Notes: generated by a model not told the origin, from the letters alone. A stretch of DNA of 55,886 bases from Polyangiaceae bacterium (GCA_044222475.1 JBGANF010000042.1:1-55886), one strand, 5' to 3'. Counted from the stretch's first letter, positions 9,755 to 18,945 are shown. Numbers and translations: made by a program.

Positions 9755-12237
9755 GCGCACGACGCGAACTCCGTGCGACCGATGATGTCGTCTTGGATGC
9801 GGCGACCGAGCCGCGTGAAGTACGCGGAGTAGCCGGACACGCGCACGATGAGGTCGGCGTAGTCCTCGGGGCGTGCTTGCGCGGCGCGCAGCGTCGCCGA
9901 GTCGGCCGAGTTGAACTGCACGTGGAAGCCGCCCTTGTCGAAGTACGCGCGCACGAGGTGAGCCACGCTCTCGATGCCCTTGTCGGATCTCAGGATCCCC
10001 ACCGGAAGCCTCATGTTGAGCGAGTTGCCGAACCCGATCGCGGTGTGATCGATCCGCGCGAGCGAGTTGAGCGCGGCGGTCGGGCCTCGTCGTTCGGCGC
10101 CGTTGCTCGGGGACATGCTGTTCGAGATCGGCTCGCCGGCCTTTCGACCGTCGGCGGTGGCCGGCTCGAGGGCGCCCTCGTAGACGTTGAGGCCGTACGA
10201 GATGAGGCTCGCCTTGTAGCGCCCGCCGCACGCGGTCGTGCGCGCGGTCACCATCGCGCAGAAGCGCGCGACGACGTCGGCGGCGAGCGAGTCGACCTCG
10301 GCGATGTCGTTGCCGAAGCGAGGCGTGGCGAGGAGCTTCCTCCGCAGCGCTTCGCGACCGCGGAAGTTCGTGGCGAGCGCATCGGCGAGCTCGGCCATGG
10401 TCGTCGCGCGCTCTTCGAAGACGACGGTGCGGATCGCGGAGAGCGAATCCACGACGGTGCCGAGTCCGCCGCCACCGACCGAGCCGAAGTTGTACTTCGC
10501 TCCACCGGCGGTCATGTCCTTGGCGTTCTCGATGCAGCCGTCGATGGTGCTGGAGATGAGCGGGTTGTGGAAGCGCTCGGCCCAGATCGCGTCGCGCAGG
10601 TTCGTCGCCTCGGTGACCCAGCCGACGAGCGACTCGAGCTGGGTGGTGAACGCGCGCAGCACCTCGTCGAACGAGGTCATCGCCTTCGGATCGCCGGTGT
10701 CGATGCCGTCTCGATTGCCGAAGAACGTCGTCCTGCCGCGGTTGAAGACCAGATCGAGCGCGGTGGGGAAGTAGATCTTGGATCCGCCGGTCGCGCCGTA
10801 GGTGTCGCCGTTGCCGCTCGGCTCCACGCACCCCACGAGGCAATACTCGCGCGCGTCTTCGACGGCGTAGCCGTCCCGCACCATCGCGGCGATCGCCGTC
10901 TCGTCGTTGAGGAACGCCGGCGAGTTGGTCTCGCGGTGGATCGCCACGACCGCCTTCACGTAGTCGGGGGGGCTCTTCTTCGAGACGCGGAACGACGCCG
11001 TGGTGGCGAGGTTCGTGTTCCGGATGGCCTCGACGCAGAGGAACGTGAGCTCGTTGGTCGCGTCGTCGCCGTGGCGATCGACGCCACCGAGCGTGACGTT
11101 CTCGACGTCGGAGCCGAGGTGGTTCAAGCGGACGCCGCCGAGGTTGGGCCAGATGACGACGTTGTCGTTCAGCTTGATGACGAGCTCCTCGAGCAGACGC
11201 AGCGCGTGCTCGCGGGTGGTCGTGCCGAAGTACGGCGCCAAGAGCTGATCGATGCGCCCGGGCGTGATGCCGCTGCCGGCGCCGTAGCTGATGATCGCGG
11301 CGTTCTGCGCGAACCACATCGCTTGCACCGCTTCGTCGAACGTCTCGGCCGGAAGCCACGGGACGCGGCTGCACCTGGCTGCGATGAGCTCGAGCTCGGC
11401 GCGGCGCTCGGGGTCCGTCGTTTCCATGGCCTGCGCGCGAGCCAAGGTCGCGAAGCGCTCGGAGAACGCGCGCATCGCTTCGCAGGTGATCACGACGGCG
11501 TCGAGGAAGGCTCGCTCGTCCGCGGTGCTCGAGCGCTCGCGGCGAGACCGCGCGTGGTCCGCGATGCCCGAGAAGCCGAGTCGCAGCACGTTCTCGTGAC
11601 CGAGCACGATGTGCGCCTGCGTGTCGGTGCACCGCGCGCGCCCCTTCACGTTGTCGCCCGCGCCGGCGCGGACGGCTCGGAGGAGCCGCGGCAGGCGCGC
11701 GATGACGTCGAGCGCGGTGGTTTCGTCTTCCTCTTCCACCGCGAGCCGAAGCAGCGGCGCGATCCCGAAGCTGCGCACCTTGCGGCGAATCTCGGCGGGC
11801 GATAGGTCGAGCTGGCTCGCGAGGCCGTGCGCGTGGAAGGCGGCGATCTTCGCGTCGCGCACGGTCTTCCCTTTCCAGTACGGGATGATCTCGTGGAGCA
11901 GCTCGCGCTCGTCCTCGGGAGCGATGCGGTACCCGAACGCCTTCAGCTCCTCCATGAGGTGCTCGAAGACGAACGTGAAGTCGCCGCGCTCGGGTGCGAT
12001 CGGCGGAGCGATGGGCTTCGACGATCGGTTGCCGACGAGCAGCTCGTCCGGCTCGATGCGCACGGTCATCTTCTCGAAGACGCGCGCGAGCGCGCGCGCG
12101 GCGCGGAGCGAGGGGTGCTGGCCCTCGGTCTCGCGGTGCGCCTCGGTGTAGTACCGGGCGCGCTCCACGCAGAGCCAGTGCTCGGCGGTCAGGAGGCGGT
12201 TTTTCTGCGCGGCGTTCTTGGGGTGGAGGGTGGCCAT
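9751..12237 (-). CDS. Glycyl radical enzyme (PFL2/eliminase-like, substrate unknown)
   Basis: Cys loop YCLVGCVEP; Gly-radical loop LIVRVSGYSAYF; ELLVGN, GRIDQ, NVTLGG, ATADGRKAGEPISNSMSP. Confidence 0.93.
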   Translation of the reverse strand: MATLHPKNAAQKNRLLTAEHWLCVERARYYTEAHRETEGQHPSLRAARALARVFEKMTVRIEPDELLVGNRSSKPIAPPIAPERGDFTFVFEHLMEELKAFGYRIAPEDERELLHEIIPYWKGKTVRDAKIAAFHAHGLASQLDLSPAEIRRKVRSFGIAPLLRLAVEEEDETTALDVIARLPRLLRAVRAGAGDNVKGRARCTDTQAHIVLGHENVLRLGFSGIADHARSRRERSSTADERAFLDAVVITCEAMRAFSERFATLARAQAMETTDPERRAELELIAARCSRVPWLPAETFDEAVQAMWFAQNAAIISYGAGSGITPGRIDQLLAPYFGTTTREHALRLLEELVIKLNDNVVIWPNLGGVRLNHLGSDVENVTLGGVDRHGDDATNELTFLCVEAIRNTNLATTASFRVSKKSPPDYVKAVVAIHRETNSPAFLNDETAIAAMVRDGYAVEDAREYCLVGCVEPSGNGDTYGATGGSKIYFPTALDLVFNRGRTTFFGNRDGIDTGDPKAMTSFDEVLRAFTTQLESLVGWVTEATNLRDAIWAERFHNPLISSTIDGCIENAKDMTAGGAKYNFGSVGGGGLGTVVDSLSAIRTVVFEERATTMAELADALATNFRGREALRRKLLATPRFGNDIAEVDSLAADVVARFCAMVTARTTACGGRYKASLISYGLNVYEGALEPATADGRKAGEPISNSMSPSNGAERRGPTAALNSLARIDHTAIGFGNSLNMRLPVGILRSDKGIESVAHLVRAYFDKGGFHVQFNSADSATLRAAQARPEDYADLIVRVSGYSAYFTRLGRRIQDDIIGRTEFASCA

Positions 12238-12857
12238 GACGTGCCTTTCTTCTTGGGCTTCGCGCTCGCGCGGAGATCGCGGAACAGAAGCGCCACGACG
12301 CGACGGACGTGGCGCTTGCGCTCTTCGAGCGCGGCGGGCGAGAAGGGATCGACGCCATCGAGTTGATGCAGGACGCGGCCGTACGTGAAGTACGTGACGA
12401 CCATGCCGTAGACGCTGGTGAGCAGGTGGACGAGCTCGCCGCGCGATTCGGGCGCGAGCTGCGCGAGCCACGTCGTGCCGAGACGGAAGACCGGGAGCGT
12501 GCGACGCACGATCGCGTCGACGTGAGCACCGCTGGCGACCTCGCGCTGGACGATGGTGCAGAAGGTGCGGTTCTTCGCGAGGAAGTCGGCGTACGCGTCG
12601 AGGAGCTCCATCGCCTGCGCCTCGGGCTCGGTGTGGCGGCCGAGCGCGGCCACGAGCTCGCTGGTGAGGCGCTCGTAGTAACCGTCGAGGAGGACCTCGA
12701 GCAGATCGTCCTTGGTCCCGAAGTGGTAGTGGATGAGCGCCTTGTTGATGCCCGAGCGCTCGGCGATGTCGCGCGTCGAGGTGGCGTCGAAGCCGAGCTC
12801 GCCGAACAGCTGATCGGTGGCGTCGAGGATCTTGGCCTTGGTGTCTTCGGGTTTCAT
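12189..12857 (-). CDS. TetR/AcrR family transcriptional regulator
   Basis: ILDATDQLFGELGFDATSTRDIAERSGINKALIHYHFGTKDDL; 3' end overlaps the GRE start. Confidence 0.93.
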   Translation of the reverse strand: MKPEDTKAKILDATDQLFGELGFDATSTRDIAERSGINKALIHYHFGTKDDLLEVLLDGYYERLTSELVAALGRHTEPEAQAMELLDAYADFLAKNRTFCTIVQREVASGAHVDAIVRRTLPVFRLGTTWLAQLAPESRGELVHLLTSVYGMVVTYFTYGRVLHQLDGVDPFSPAALEERKRHVRRVVALLFRDLRASAKPKKKGTSWPPSTPRTPRRKTAS

Positions 12858-12902
12858 CGCCTGTTAGGCACTTGGTTTAGGCGATCGGTCAATTCATGTC
12901 AA
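12856..12902 (-). promoter_or_regulatory. Sigma70-type promoter and candidate TetR operator for the tetR-GRE-activase operon
   Basis: Minus strand TTGACA (12902-12897), 17-nt spacer, TAAACC (12879-12874); inverted repeat ATCGCCT-N16-AGGCGAT (12856-12885) and imperfect palindrome TTAGGCGATCGGTCAA (12877-12892). Confidence 0.55.
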
Positions 12903-13741
12903 GGCGGTTTTTTGGCCGCGATCCGGCGGATCTCGGCGAGCGTCCAATCCGCCGTCTCGAACGAGCCGGGGCCATCGAAGTGCAGTCCGTCGTTGCGCAC
13001 CGGCCAGCCCTCGCTGGTCTGGATGCAGTCCGTGGTCGGGCAGACGTGTCCGATCAGGTCGACCGTGTCGTAGCCCTCGGTCTTGGCGACCTTGGATAGC
13101 TCGTCGTCGAAGCACCGCACGCTCGCGAGTGTCTCCTTCGTGCGCCACCGCTCGCCGGGATAGGGGACGAGCGCGAGGATGATCTTCCCGGCGTCGGCGG
13201 CGATCGATCGGAGCAGCATCGTGAGCCGCTCAGCGTACGACTTGCGCCACGGGACCTCGCACGTCTTCGGCCCGAGGAAGCCGCCGCCGAGGATCACGAA
13301 CGTGGCGTCGGGGTGGAGCTCCTTGGTGTCGGAGACCCAATCCGAAGCGCAGCTCGAGCCGTCGTCGGCGGGGTGGATGCTGCACGACCCCACGCCGCGT
13401 TGGGCGACGAACGCATTCGCCGTGGCCTGGCGGAACCGCATCGAGTTGCCCAGGAACTTCGCGACCGAATCGCCGACGACGAGGATGCGTAGTGTGCCCG
13501 GAGCGAGCTCGCTGGCCGGAGGCAAGGCCTCGTTCGGCACGGAGTCCCACTGCGGGTACTTCTTCTCGACGGGGGCGGCGGACGCACTCGCCGTGACCGA
13601 AGGCGGGGGCGGCGCGACGCTCTTCGGCGCGCGAAGCCGAAGCGCGACCGCCCCCGCGCCGAGAAGCACCGCGCAGCCGACCGCGAGACCGAGGTGCCAC
13701 CTTGCCACGAGACCGCCGACCCTACCCGCCCCCGCGCCCAT
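12899..13741 (-). CDS. Membrane-anchored SGNH/GDSL hydrolase
   Basis: N-terminal TM; block I VVGDSVA; block V DGLHF; start uncertain. Confidence 0.8.
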   Translation of the reverse strand: MGAGAGRVGGLVARWHLGLAVGCAVLLGAGAVALRLRAPKSVAPPPPSVTASASAAPVEKKYPQWDSVPNEALPPASELAPGTLRILVVGDSVAKFLGNSMRFRQATANAFVAQRGVGSCSIHPADDGSSCASDWVSDTKELHPDATFVILGGGFLGPKTCEVPWRKSYAERLTMLLRSIAADAGKIILALVPYPGERWRTKETLASVRCFDDELSKVAKTEGYDTVDLIGHVCPTTDCIQTSEGWPVRNDGLHFDGPGSFETADWTLAEIRRIAAKKPP

Positions 13742-13751
13742 CGCCAAAGAC

Positions 13752-13832
13752 TGGATGCCGGCTAACAATCTGCGAGGGACCCCCACCCCCTGCGCCGAAG
13801 ATGGATGCCGGCTAACAATCTTGCGGGACCCC
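13752..13832. repeat. Two-copy direct repeat with 50-bp period in a divergent intergenic region
   Basis: TGGATGCCGGCTAACAATCT identical at 13752-13771 and 13802-13821, each followed by a similar GCG(A)GGGACCCC/TGCGGGACCCC. Confidence 0.85.
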
Positions 13833-13932
13833 AGACCGGGGTCGGCGCCGTGGCCACCTGCGGGATTTCAGGCGGCTTAAGCTGCGGGAATCGTTCGGGT
13901 CTCGTAGCTCTAGGTTCGTCCTGGAGGCCCCG

Positions 13933-15753
13933 ATGAAGCTCTCTCTTCGCGTCTCGCTCGCCCTCGCCTTGTCGCTCGCCGCCGCGTCGTGCTCGAGCGC
14001 CCCATCCAAGTTCACGCTGTCGGACGCGGGGCCCCCGCCACCCGCCGAGGACGGCAGCGTCACCTTCCCGGACGCCACCCCGCCCGCGTCGGCGTTCTCG
14101 TGCTCCGACGACCTGCACCAGGTCCTCGACGCCAACGGTACCGTCGTGAAGTCGTGCGCCGCCAACGAAGGCTGCAACCCCAACGGCACCTGCGTCCCCG
14201 CATGCGACGCCGCCAACGCCAACCGCAGCACCATCGGCTGCGAGTACTTCAACTACTCGCCCGACATCATCAAGGCCGCCGAGGGCGCCTGCTTCGCGGC
14301 CGTCGTCGCGAACACGTGGAACGCACCGGTCTCGCTCACCGTCGACTACGACGGCAAGAAGCTCGACCCGTCGGCGTTCGCGCGCCTCCCCTCCGGCAAC
14401 GGCAAGAACCTCAAGTACGCGCCGCTCACGAATGGCCAGATCGGCCCCGGCGAGGTCGCGATCCTGTTCCTCGCGCACTGGATGGATCCCAGCGCGCCGA
14501 TGAACGACGTGCCGTGTCCGATCCCCGCCGCGGTCGAAGGCGCCGACGCCGCGACGCACGGCACCGGCATCGGCAAGGCGTTCCACGTGTCGACCACCGC
14601 GCCGGTCGTCGCGTACGACGTGTTCCCCTACGGTGGAGGCAACGCCGCCGCGACCAGCGCGACGCTGCTCCTGCCGGTGAGCGCGTGGGACACGAACTAC
14701 CTCGCGATGAACGCGTACCCGACCTCGAGCGACAGCCAGAAGAACGCGGGCGCCCTGCCCTCGCTCGGGGTCGTCGCCCAAGAAGACGGCACCGTCGTCA
14801 CCATGAAGCCGATCGCGCCGATCGCCGGCGGCCCCGGCGTCGCGGCCGCGAGCGCGGGATCGAGCGTGAAGTACACGTTGAACCGCGGCCAGGTGCTCCA
14901 GCTCACGCAAGCGAAGGAGCTCAGCGGCAGCCCGATCCAGGCGACGAAGCCGATCGCGCTCTTCGCCGGATCGACCGCGCTCAACGTCGCCGACACCGTG
15001 TGCTGCGCGGACTCGGCGCACCAACAGATCCCGCCGGTCTCCGCGCTCGGCAGCGAGTACGTCGGCGCGCGCTACCGCGATCGCAACGAGGGCGTCCCGG
15101 AGAGCGTCCCGTACCGCATCATGGGCCTCGTCGACGGGACGAAGCTCACCTACTCACCGACCGCGCCGCCCAACGCGCCGACGACGTTGAAGAGCGGCCA
15201 GGTCGTCGAGTTCTCGTCCGACGACGCGTTCACCGTGTCGGCCCAAGACGATCTCCACCCCATCTACCTCGCGTCGTACATGACCGGATGCCTCACCTAC
15301 GGCTCCGCGAACGACTGCCGCGGCGACGCCGAGTTCGTCAACGTCGTACCGGCCAAGCAGTTCATGAAGTCGTACGTCTTCTTCACCGACCCGACGTACT
15401 CGGAGACGAGCCTCGTCGTCGTGCGCACGGCCGGCGGCTCCGCCGTGACCCTCGACTGCTACGGCACGCTCGGCGGGTGGCAGCCGGCCGGCACCGGGTA
15501 CGAGTACACGCGCGTCGACCTCGTACGTCACGACTTCGCGCCCCAAGGAAAGTGCGACAACGGTCGGCACGAGATGACCTCGTCGGGAACGTTCGGCGTC
15601 ACCGTGTGGGGCTGGGGCAGCGCCGAGACGAAGGGCGCGTACCACATCCCGCAAGCGCCGGGCTTCTACACCCAGGCGGTGAGCTACGCGTACCCCGCCG
15701 GGATGCGGGTGAAGCCGATCAACGCCGTCGTGGTGCCCGCCGGCCCGAATTGA
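13933..15753 (+). CDS. IgGFc-binding-domain lipoprotein
   Basis: Lipobox AASC; STIGCEY, SATLLLPVSAWDTNY, ELSGSPIQATKPI, HQQIPPVSALG, C-terminal SYAYPAG; RBS GGAGG. Confidence 0.85.
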   Translation: MKLSLRVSLALALSLAAASCSSAPSKFTLSDAGPPPPAEDGSVTFPDATPPASAFSCSDDLHQVLDANGTVVKSCAANEGCNPNGTCVPACDAANANRSTIGCEYFNYSPDIIKAAEGACFAAVVANTWNAPVSLTVDYDGKKLDPSAFARLPSGNGKNLKYAPLTNGQIGPGEVAILFLAHWMDPSAPMNDVPCPIPAAVEGADAATHGTGIGKAFHVSTTAPVVAYDVFPYGGGNAAATSATLLLPVSAWDTNYLAMNAYPTSSDSQKNAGALPSLGVVAQEDGTVVTMKPIAPIAGGPGVAAASAGSSVKYTLNRGQVLQLTQAKELSGSPIQATKPIALFAGSTALNVADTVCCADSAHQQIPPVSALGSEYVGARYRDRNEGVPESVPYRIMGLVDGTKLTYSPTAPPNAPTTLKSGQVVEFSSDDAFTVSAQDDLHPIYLASYMTGCLTYGSANDCRGDAEFVNVVPAKQFMKSYVFFTDPTYSETSLVVVRTAGGSAVTLDCYGTLGGWQPAGTGYEYTRVDLVRHDFAPQGKCDNGRHEMTSSGTFGVTVWGWGSAETKGAYHIPQAPGFYTQAVSYAYPAGMRVKPINAVVVPAGPN

Positions 15754-15800
15754 CGGGATCGGTTGCGAAAACGGCCCGGCTGTCGTAGTCCCGGACCGCC

Positions 15801-16979
15801 ATGCAGTACGACGTCCTCATCATCGGTGGCGGTCCGGGCGGCGCAGCCGCCGCGGTTTCGCTAGCCCAACGCGGCGTGAAGAACGTGCTTCTCTTGGACC
15901 GCGACGGGTTCCCGCGCGACAAGACCTGCGGGTCCGGCCTGTCGCCGAACGCCATCGCCATCTGCGACGAGCTCGGCATCGGCGCCGACCTGAAGCGCCT
16001 CTCGTACCCGATCATGAGCGTCCGCGTCGTCACCCCCGGCGGTCGCGACATGGTGCTCGCGTCCGACGCGGCGGCCGTCGTCTGCCTGCGCCGCGAGTTC
16101 GACAACCTCCTCGTCGAGCGCGCGCAGAAGCTCGGCGTCACGCTCGAGACCCCGTTCCTCGCGCAGGAGCTCATCAAGGAGAACGGCCGCATCGTCGGCG
16201 TGCGCAGCCGCGACGGCAAAGAGCGCCGCGCGCGCTACGTGCTCGTCGCCGACGGCGCGCACTCGATCTTCTCGACCGACCCGCGGCCGAAGCGCAGCAT
16301 CTCGACGCTCATGGGCTGGTGGGACGACTTCGACTTCGTCCCCGGACAGCTCGACATGATCTTCGACAAGAACGTGTCGCCGCTCTACGGCTGGCTGTTC
16401 CCCGAGTCGAAGACGAGGGTCAACATCGGCATCTGCATCGACGGCCAAGACTCGCACGGCAACAAGACCCAGAAGCCGCTGCGCGCCACGTTCGACCGGT
16501 TCCTCCAGGATCACTACGGCGACAAGCTGAAGAAGGCCCGCCAGGTCGGCAAGCTGAAGGGCCACCCGATCGTCTTCACGACGATGATCGGGCACTGCAC
16601 CGCGCCCGGCGCGATTCACCTCGGAGAAGCGGCGCGCCTCACCCACAACGCCACCGGCGAGGGCATCTACCACGCGATGCGGAGCGGTTCGTTCGCGGCC
16701 GAAGCGGTCGCGTCGATCTTGTCCGGCGCATCGGAAGAGAAGGCGCAGAGCCACTACGTGTGGCAGCAGCGCAAGCACTTCACGACCGGGTTCCTCGGCG
16801 GGTGGGCGCTGCGCGGTCTCGTGCAGACGCCGGTGCTCGACTGGGTCGCGCGCGTCTACAACGAGCCGCGCGTGCGCAAAGCGGTCGTCAAGGTCCTCGG
16901 AAGCGCGCTCGCGGGAGCGAACGTGAAGGACGCCGCGACGAAGAGCTCGAGCGCGACCGAAGCCTCCGCGACGGCGTGA
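15801..16979 (+). CDS. Geranylgeranyl reductase-family FAD-dependent oxidoreductase
   Basis: GGGPGG, FPRDKTCGSGL, VADGAHS, YGWLFP, GEAA...ATGEGIYHAMRSG. Confidence 0.88.
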   Translation: MQYDVLIIGGGPGGAAAAVSLAQRGVKNVLLLDRDGFPRDKTCGSGLSPNAIAICDELGIGADLKRLSYPIMSVRVVTPGGRDMVLASDAAAVVCLRREFDNLLVERAQKLGVTLETPFLAQELIKENGRIVGVRSRDGKERRARYVLVADGAHSIFSTDPRPKRSISTLMGWWDDFDFVPGQLDMIFDKNVSPLYGWLFPESKTRVNIGICIDGQDSHGNKTQKPLRATFDRFLQDHYGDKLKKARQVGKLKGHPIVFTTMIGHCTAPGAIHLGEAARLTHNATGEGIYHAMRSGSFAAEAVASILSGASEEKAQSHYVWQQRKHFTTGFLGGWALRGLVQTPVLDWVARVYNEPRVRKAVVKVLGSALAGANVKDAATKSSSATEASATA

Positions 16980-16992
16980 CCAGCGCCGAGAG

Positions 16993-17150
16993 TTGGCACG
17001 CCTTCGAAGAGAACCGCAAGGACGAGGAGAGCGGTAGGACGCAAGGAGAGACTGGTTGGGCGCACACCGACTTGCGACGAGCACCGCCCCTTCTCCTTTC
17101 CTTGCGTCCTCGTGCTCTACTCGTCCTTGCGGTCCTCTCCGAGGCGCCAG
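16993..17150. repeat. Long imperfect inverted repeat (REP/MITE-like) built from CGCAAGGA units
   Basis: Left arm CGCCTTCGAAGAGAACCGCAAGGACGAGGAGAGCGGTAGGACGCAAGGAGAG pairs with right arm CTCCTTTCCTTGCGTCCTCGTGCTCTACTCGTCCTTGCGGTCCTCTCCGAGGCG around a ~40-nt loop. Confidence 0.8.
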
Positions 17151-17373
17151 CGAGACAGTCCGGGGCGCCACACCACGCCGTCCGTCGTACCAATTTGGGA
17201 CAACGCCTCGCCTCCTCCGGAAGCGCACTATTTTTCCATTGTCGCAGTGAAGTTTCCGGCGCTGCTGGATTCCGTTGTCCACGGATGCGGCAAACCTACA
17301 CTGGAGACATAAGAGCTTGCAGGTCGCGGATCGCAGCGTAGTTTTTGGCCTTCGCCACGCTTTGGAGGCCTCG

Positions 17374-18942
17374 ATGAAGCTCGCGCGTCTTACCGTCGTT
17401 CCGCTCACCCTGATCCTCGCCGCCTGTGGCGGGGACGACCCGTCGGCGATCACCACCCCCGACGACGACGGCGGAACGGTGCCCGACGGCGCGATCCTGG
17501 ACGACTCGGGCAAGCCCATCACGCCCGACGGCGGCAAGGACTCGGGGCCGCCGGTCATCACCGGCACGCCCCTCGTGGAGAACCTCGCCATCACCGAGGT
17601 CGCCGTCTTCCAGACGGTGAAGATCGGGTTGATGAAGGCCGGCGCCCCGGTCGCGCCGAAGCCGGCGGTCGTCGCCGACCGCGCCGGGCTCGTGCGCGCG
17701 TACGTGACGCCCGGCTCCGGCTACTCGCCTCACGCCATCCAGGCGCAGCTCGTCCTCGAGAGCGGCGGCAACAAGACGACGTACCCGGTCGAGGTCACGC
17801 CATCGGGCCCGTCGAGTGACGGCGTCCTCTCGTCGACGATCAACTTCGAGATCCCGGCGAACGTCTTCAAGACCGACACCAAGTTCTCGATCGCGCTCCG
17901 CGAGAAGACCGGCAACAAGACCGTCACCACGAGCGACGCGCAATGGCCGACGGACGGCACGACGGCGAGCCTGGGCGTCGTCTCGACCGGCCCGCAGCTC
18001 AAGATCGTCATCGTCCCCATTCAGTACAACACCGACGGCTCGGGACGCCTCCCCGATACGAGCCCCACCCAGATCCAGCGGTACAAGGACATCTTCGGCG
18101 CGATGTATCCGGTGCCGACCGTCGACGTGACGGTGCGCGCGCAGGGTCCGGTGCCGGTGAGCTTCACCGTCGCATCCAACGGGACCGGCATCAGCTCCCT
18201 CCTCAACACCGTCCTCCAGACGCGCGCGCAGGACAAGCCCGCGAGCGACGTCTACTACTGGGGCGCGATTGCACCGGCGTCGTCGTTCAGCGCGTTCTGC
18301 GGCGGCGGTTGCGTCACCGGCCTCTCGCCGCTCGTCACCAACCCGAACGACTCTTCCAGCCGCGCGAGCGTCGGCATGGGCTTCACCGGCGAGAGCTCGG
18401 TGTACACCGCGATCCACGAGATCGGTCACGCGCACGGTCGCAACCACGCACCGTGCGGCGGTGCGTCCGGCACGGACCCGAACTACCCGTACTCGAACGG
18501 CAGCATCGGCGTCTGGGGCTACAACATCCTCACGAAGACGCTCCTCGATCCCGCGAAGTACAAGGACGCGATGAGCTACTGCAGCCCGGACTGGTGGTCC
18601 GACTACCAGTACGGCGCGCTCCTGACCCGCGTGAAGGCGGTCAACGGCGCGCAGGTCGTGGCGGGGATTCCTCGCCCGTACCGTTTTGGTACCGTCGACG
18701 AAGCAGGCGGCATCAGCTGGAACGCCGAAGCCACCCTCGACGTGACGCCGGGCGGCGACCCGCGCGACGTCGAGTACCTCGATGGAAGCGGCCACGTCGT
18801 CGCGACGAAGACCGGCTACTACTACTCCTACGATCACCTGCCGGGCGGCACGCTGATGGCGCCTCCGCTGCCGGCCGGCGCGGTCTCGACGCGGCTCGTG
18901 CCCCTCAGCGGCTCGGGCGTGATCGCGCCGGCGACGAAGTAA
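17374..18942 (+). CDS. Lipoprotein zinc metallopeptidase (metzincin, M66-like)
   Basis: Lipobox LAAC; HEIGHAHGRNH (HExxHxxGxxH); Met-turn DAMSYC. Confidence 0.85.
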   Translation: MKLARLTVVPLTLILAACGGDDPSAITTPDDDGGTVPDGAILDDSGKPITPDGGKDSGPPVITGTPLVENLAITEVAVFQTVKIGLMKAGAPVAPKPAVVADRAGLVRAYVTPGSGYSPHAIQAQLVLESGGNKTTYPVEVTPSGPSSDGVLSSTINFEIPANVFKTDTKFSIALREKTGNKTVTTSDAQWPTDGTTASLGVVSTGPQLKIVIVPIQYNTDGSGRLPDTSPTQIQRYKDIFGAMYPVPTVDVTVRAQGPVPVSFTVASNGTGISSLLNTVLQTRAQDKPASDVYYWGAIAPASSFSAFCGGGCVTGLSPLVTNPNDSSSRASVGMGFTGESSVYTAIHEIGHAHGRNHAPCGGASGTDPNYPYSNGSIGVWGYNILTKTLLDPAKYKDAMSYCSPDWWSDYQYGALLTRVKAVNGAQVVAGIPRPYRFGTVDEAGGISWNAEATLDVTPGGDPRDVEYLDGSGHVVATKTGYYYSYDHLPGGTLMAPPLPAGAVSTRLVPLSGSGVIAPATK

Positions 18943-18945
18943 GCC

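Noticed and set aside
9751..12237. Calling the GRE pyruvate formate-lyase (pflB) or choline TMA-lyase (cutC)
   Set aside because: No adjacent Cys-Cys pair as in PFL; the Cys loop resembles CutC but other choline-binding positions appear different and no cut/microcompartment genes are present
9014..12529. 1171-aa ORF suggesting a giant radical SAM protein
   Set aside because: Only the last 246 aa are the activase; the rest is an Arg-rich off-frame shadow of the GRE gene, typical of high-GC DNA
13752..13832. Possible mini CRISPR array
   Set aside because: Only two copies, spacer too short, no dyad symmetry and no cas genes
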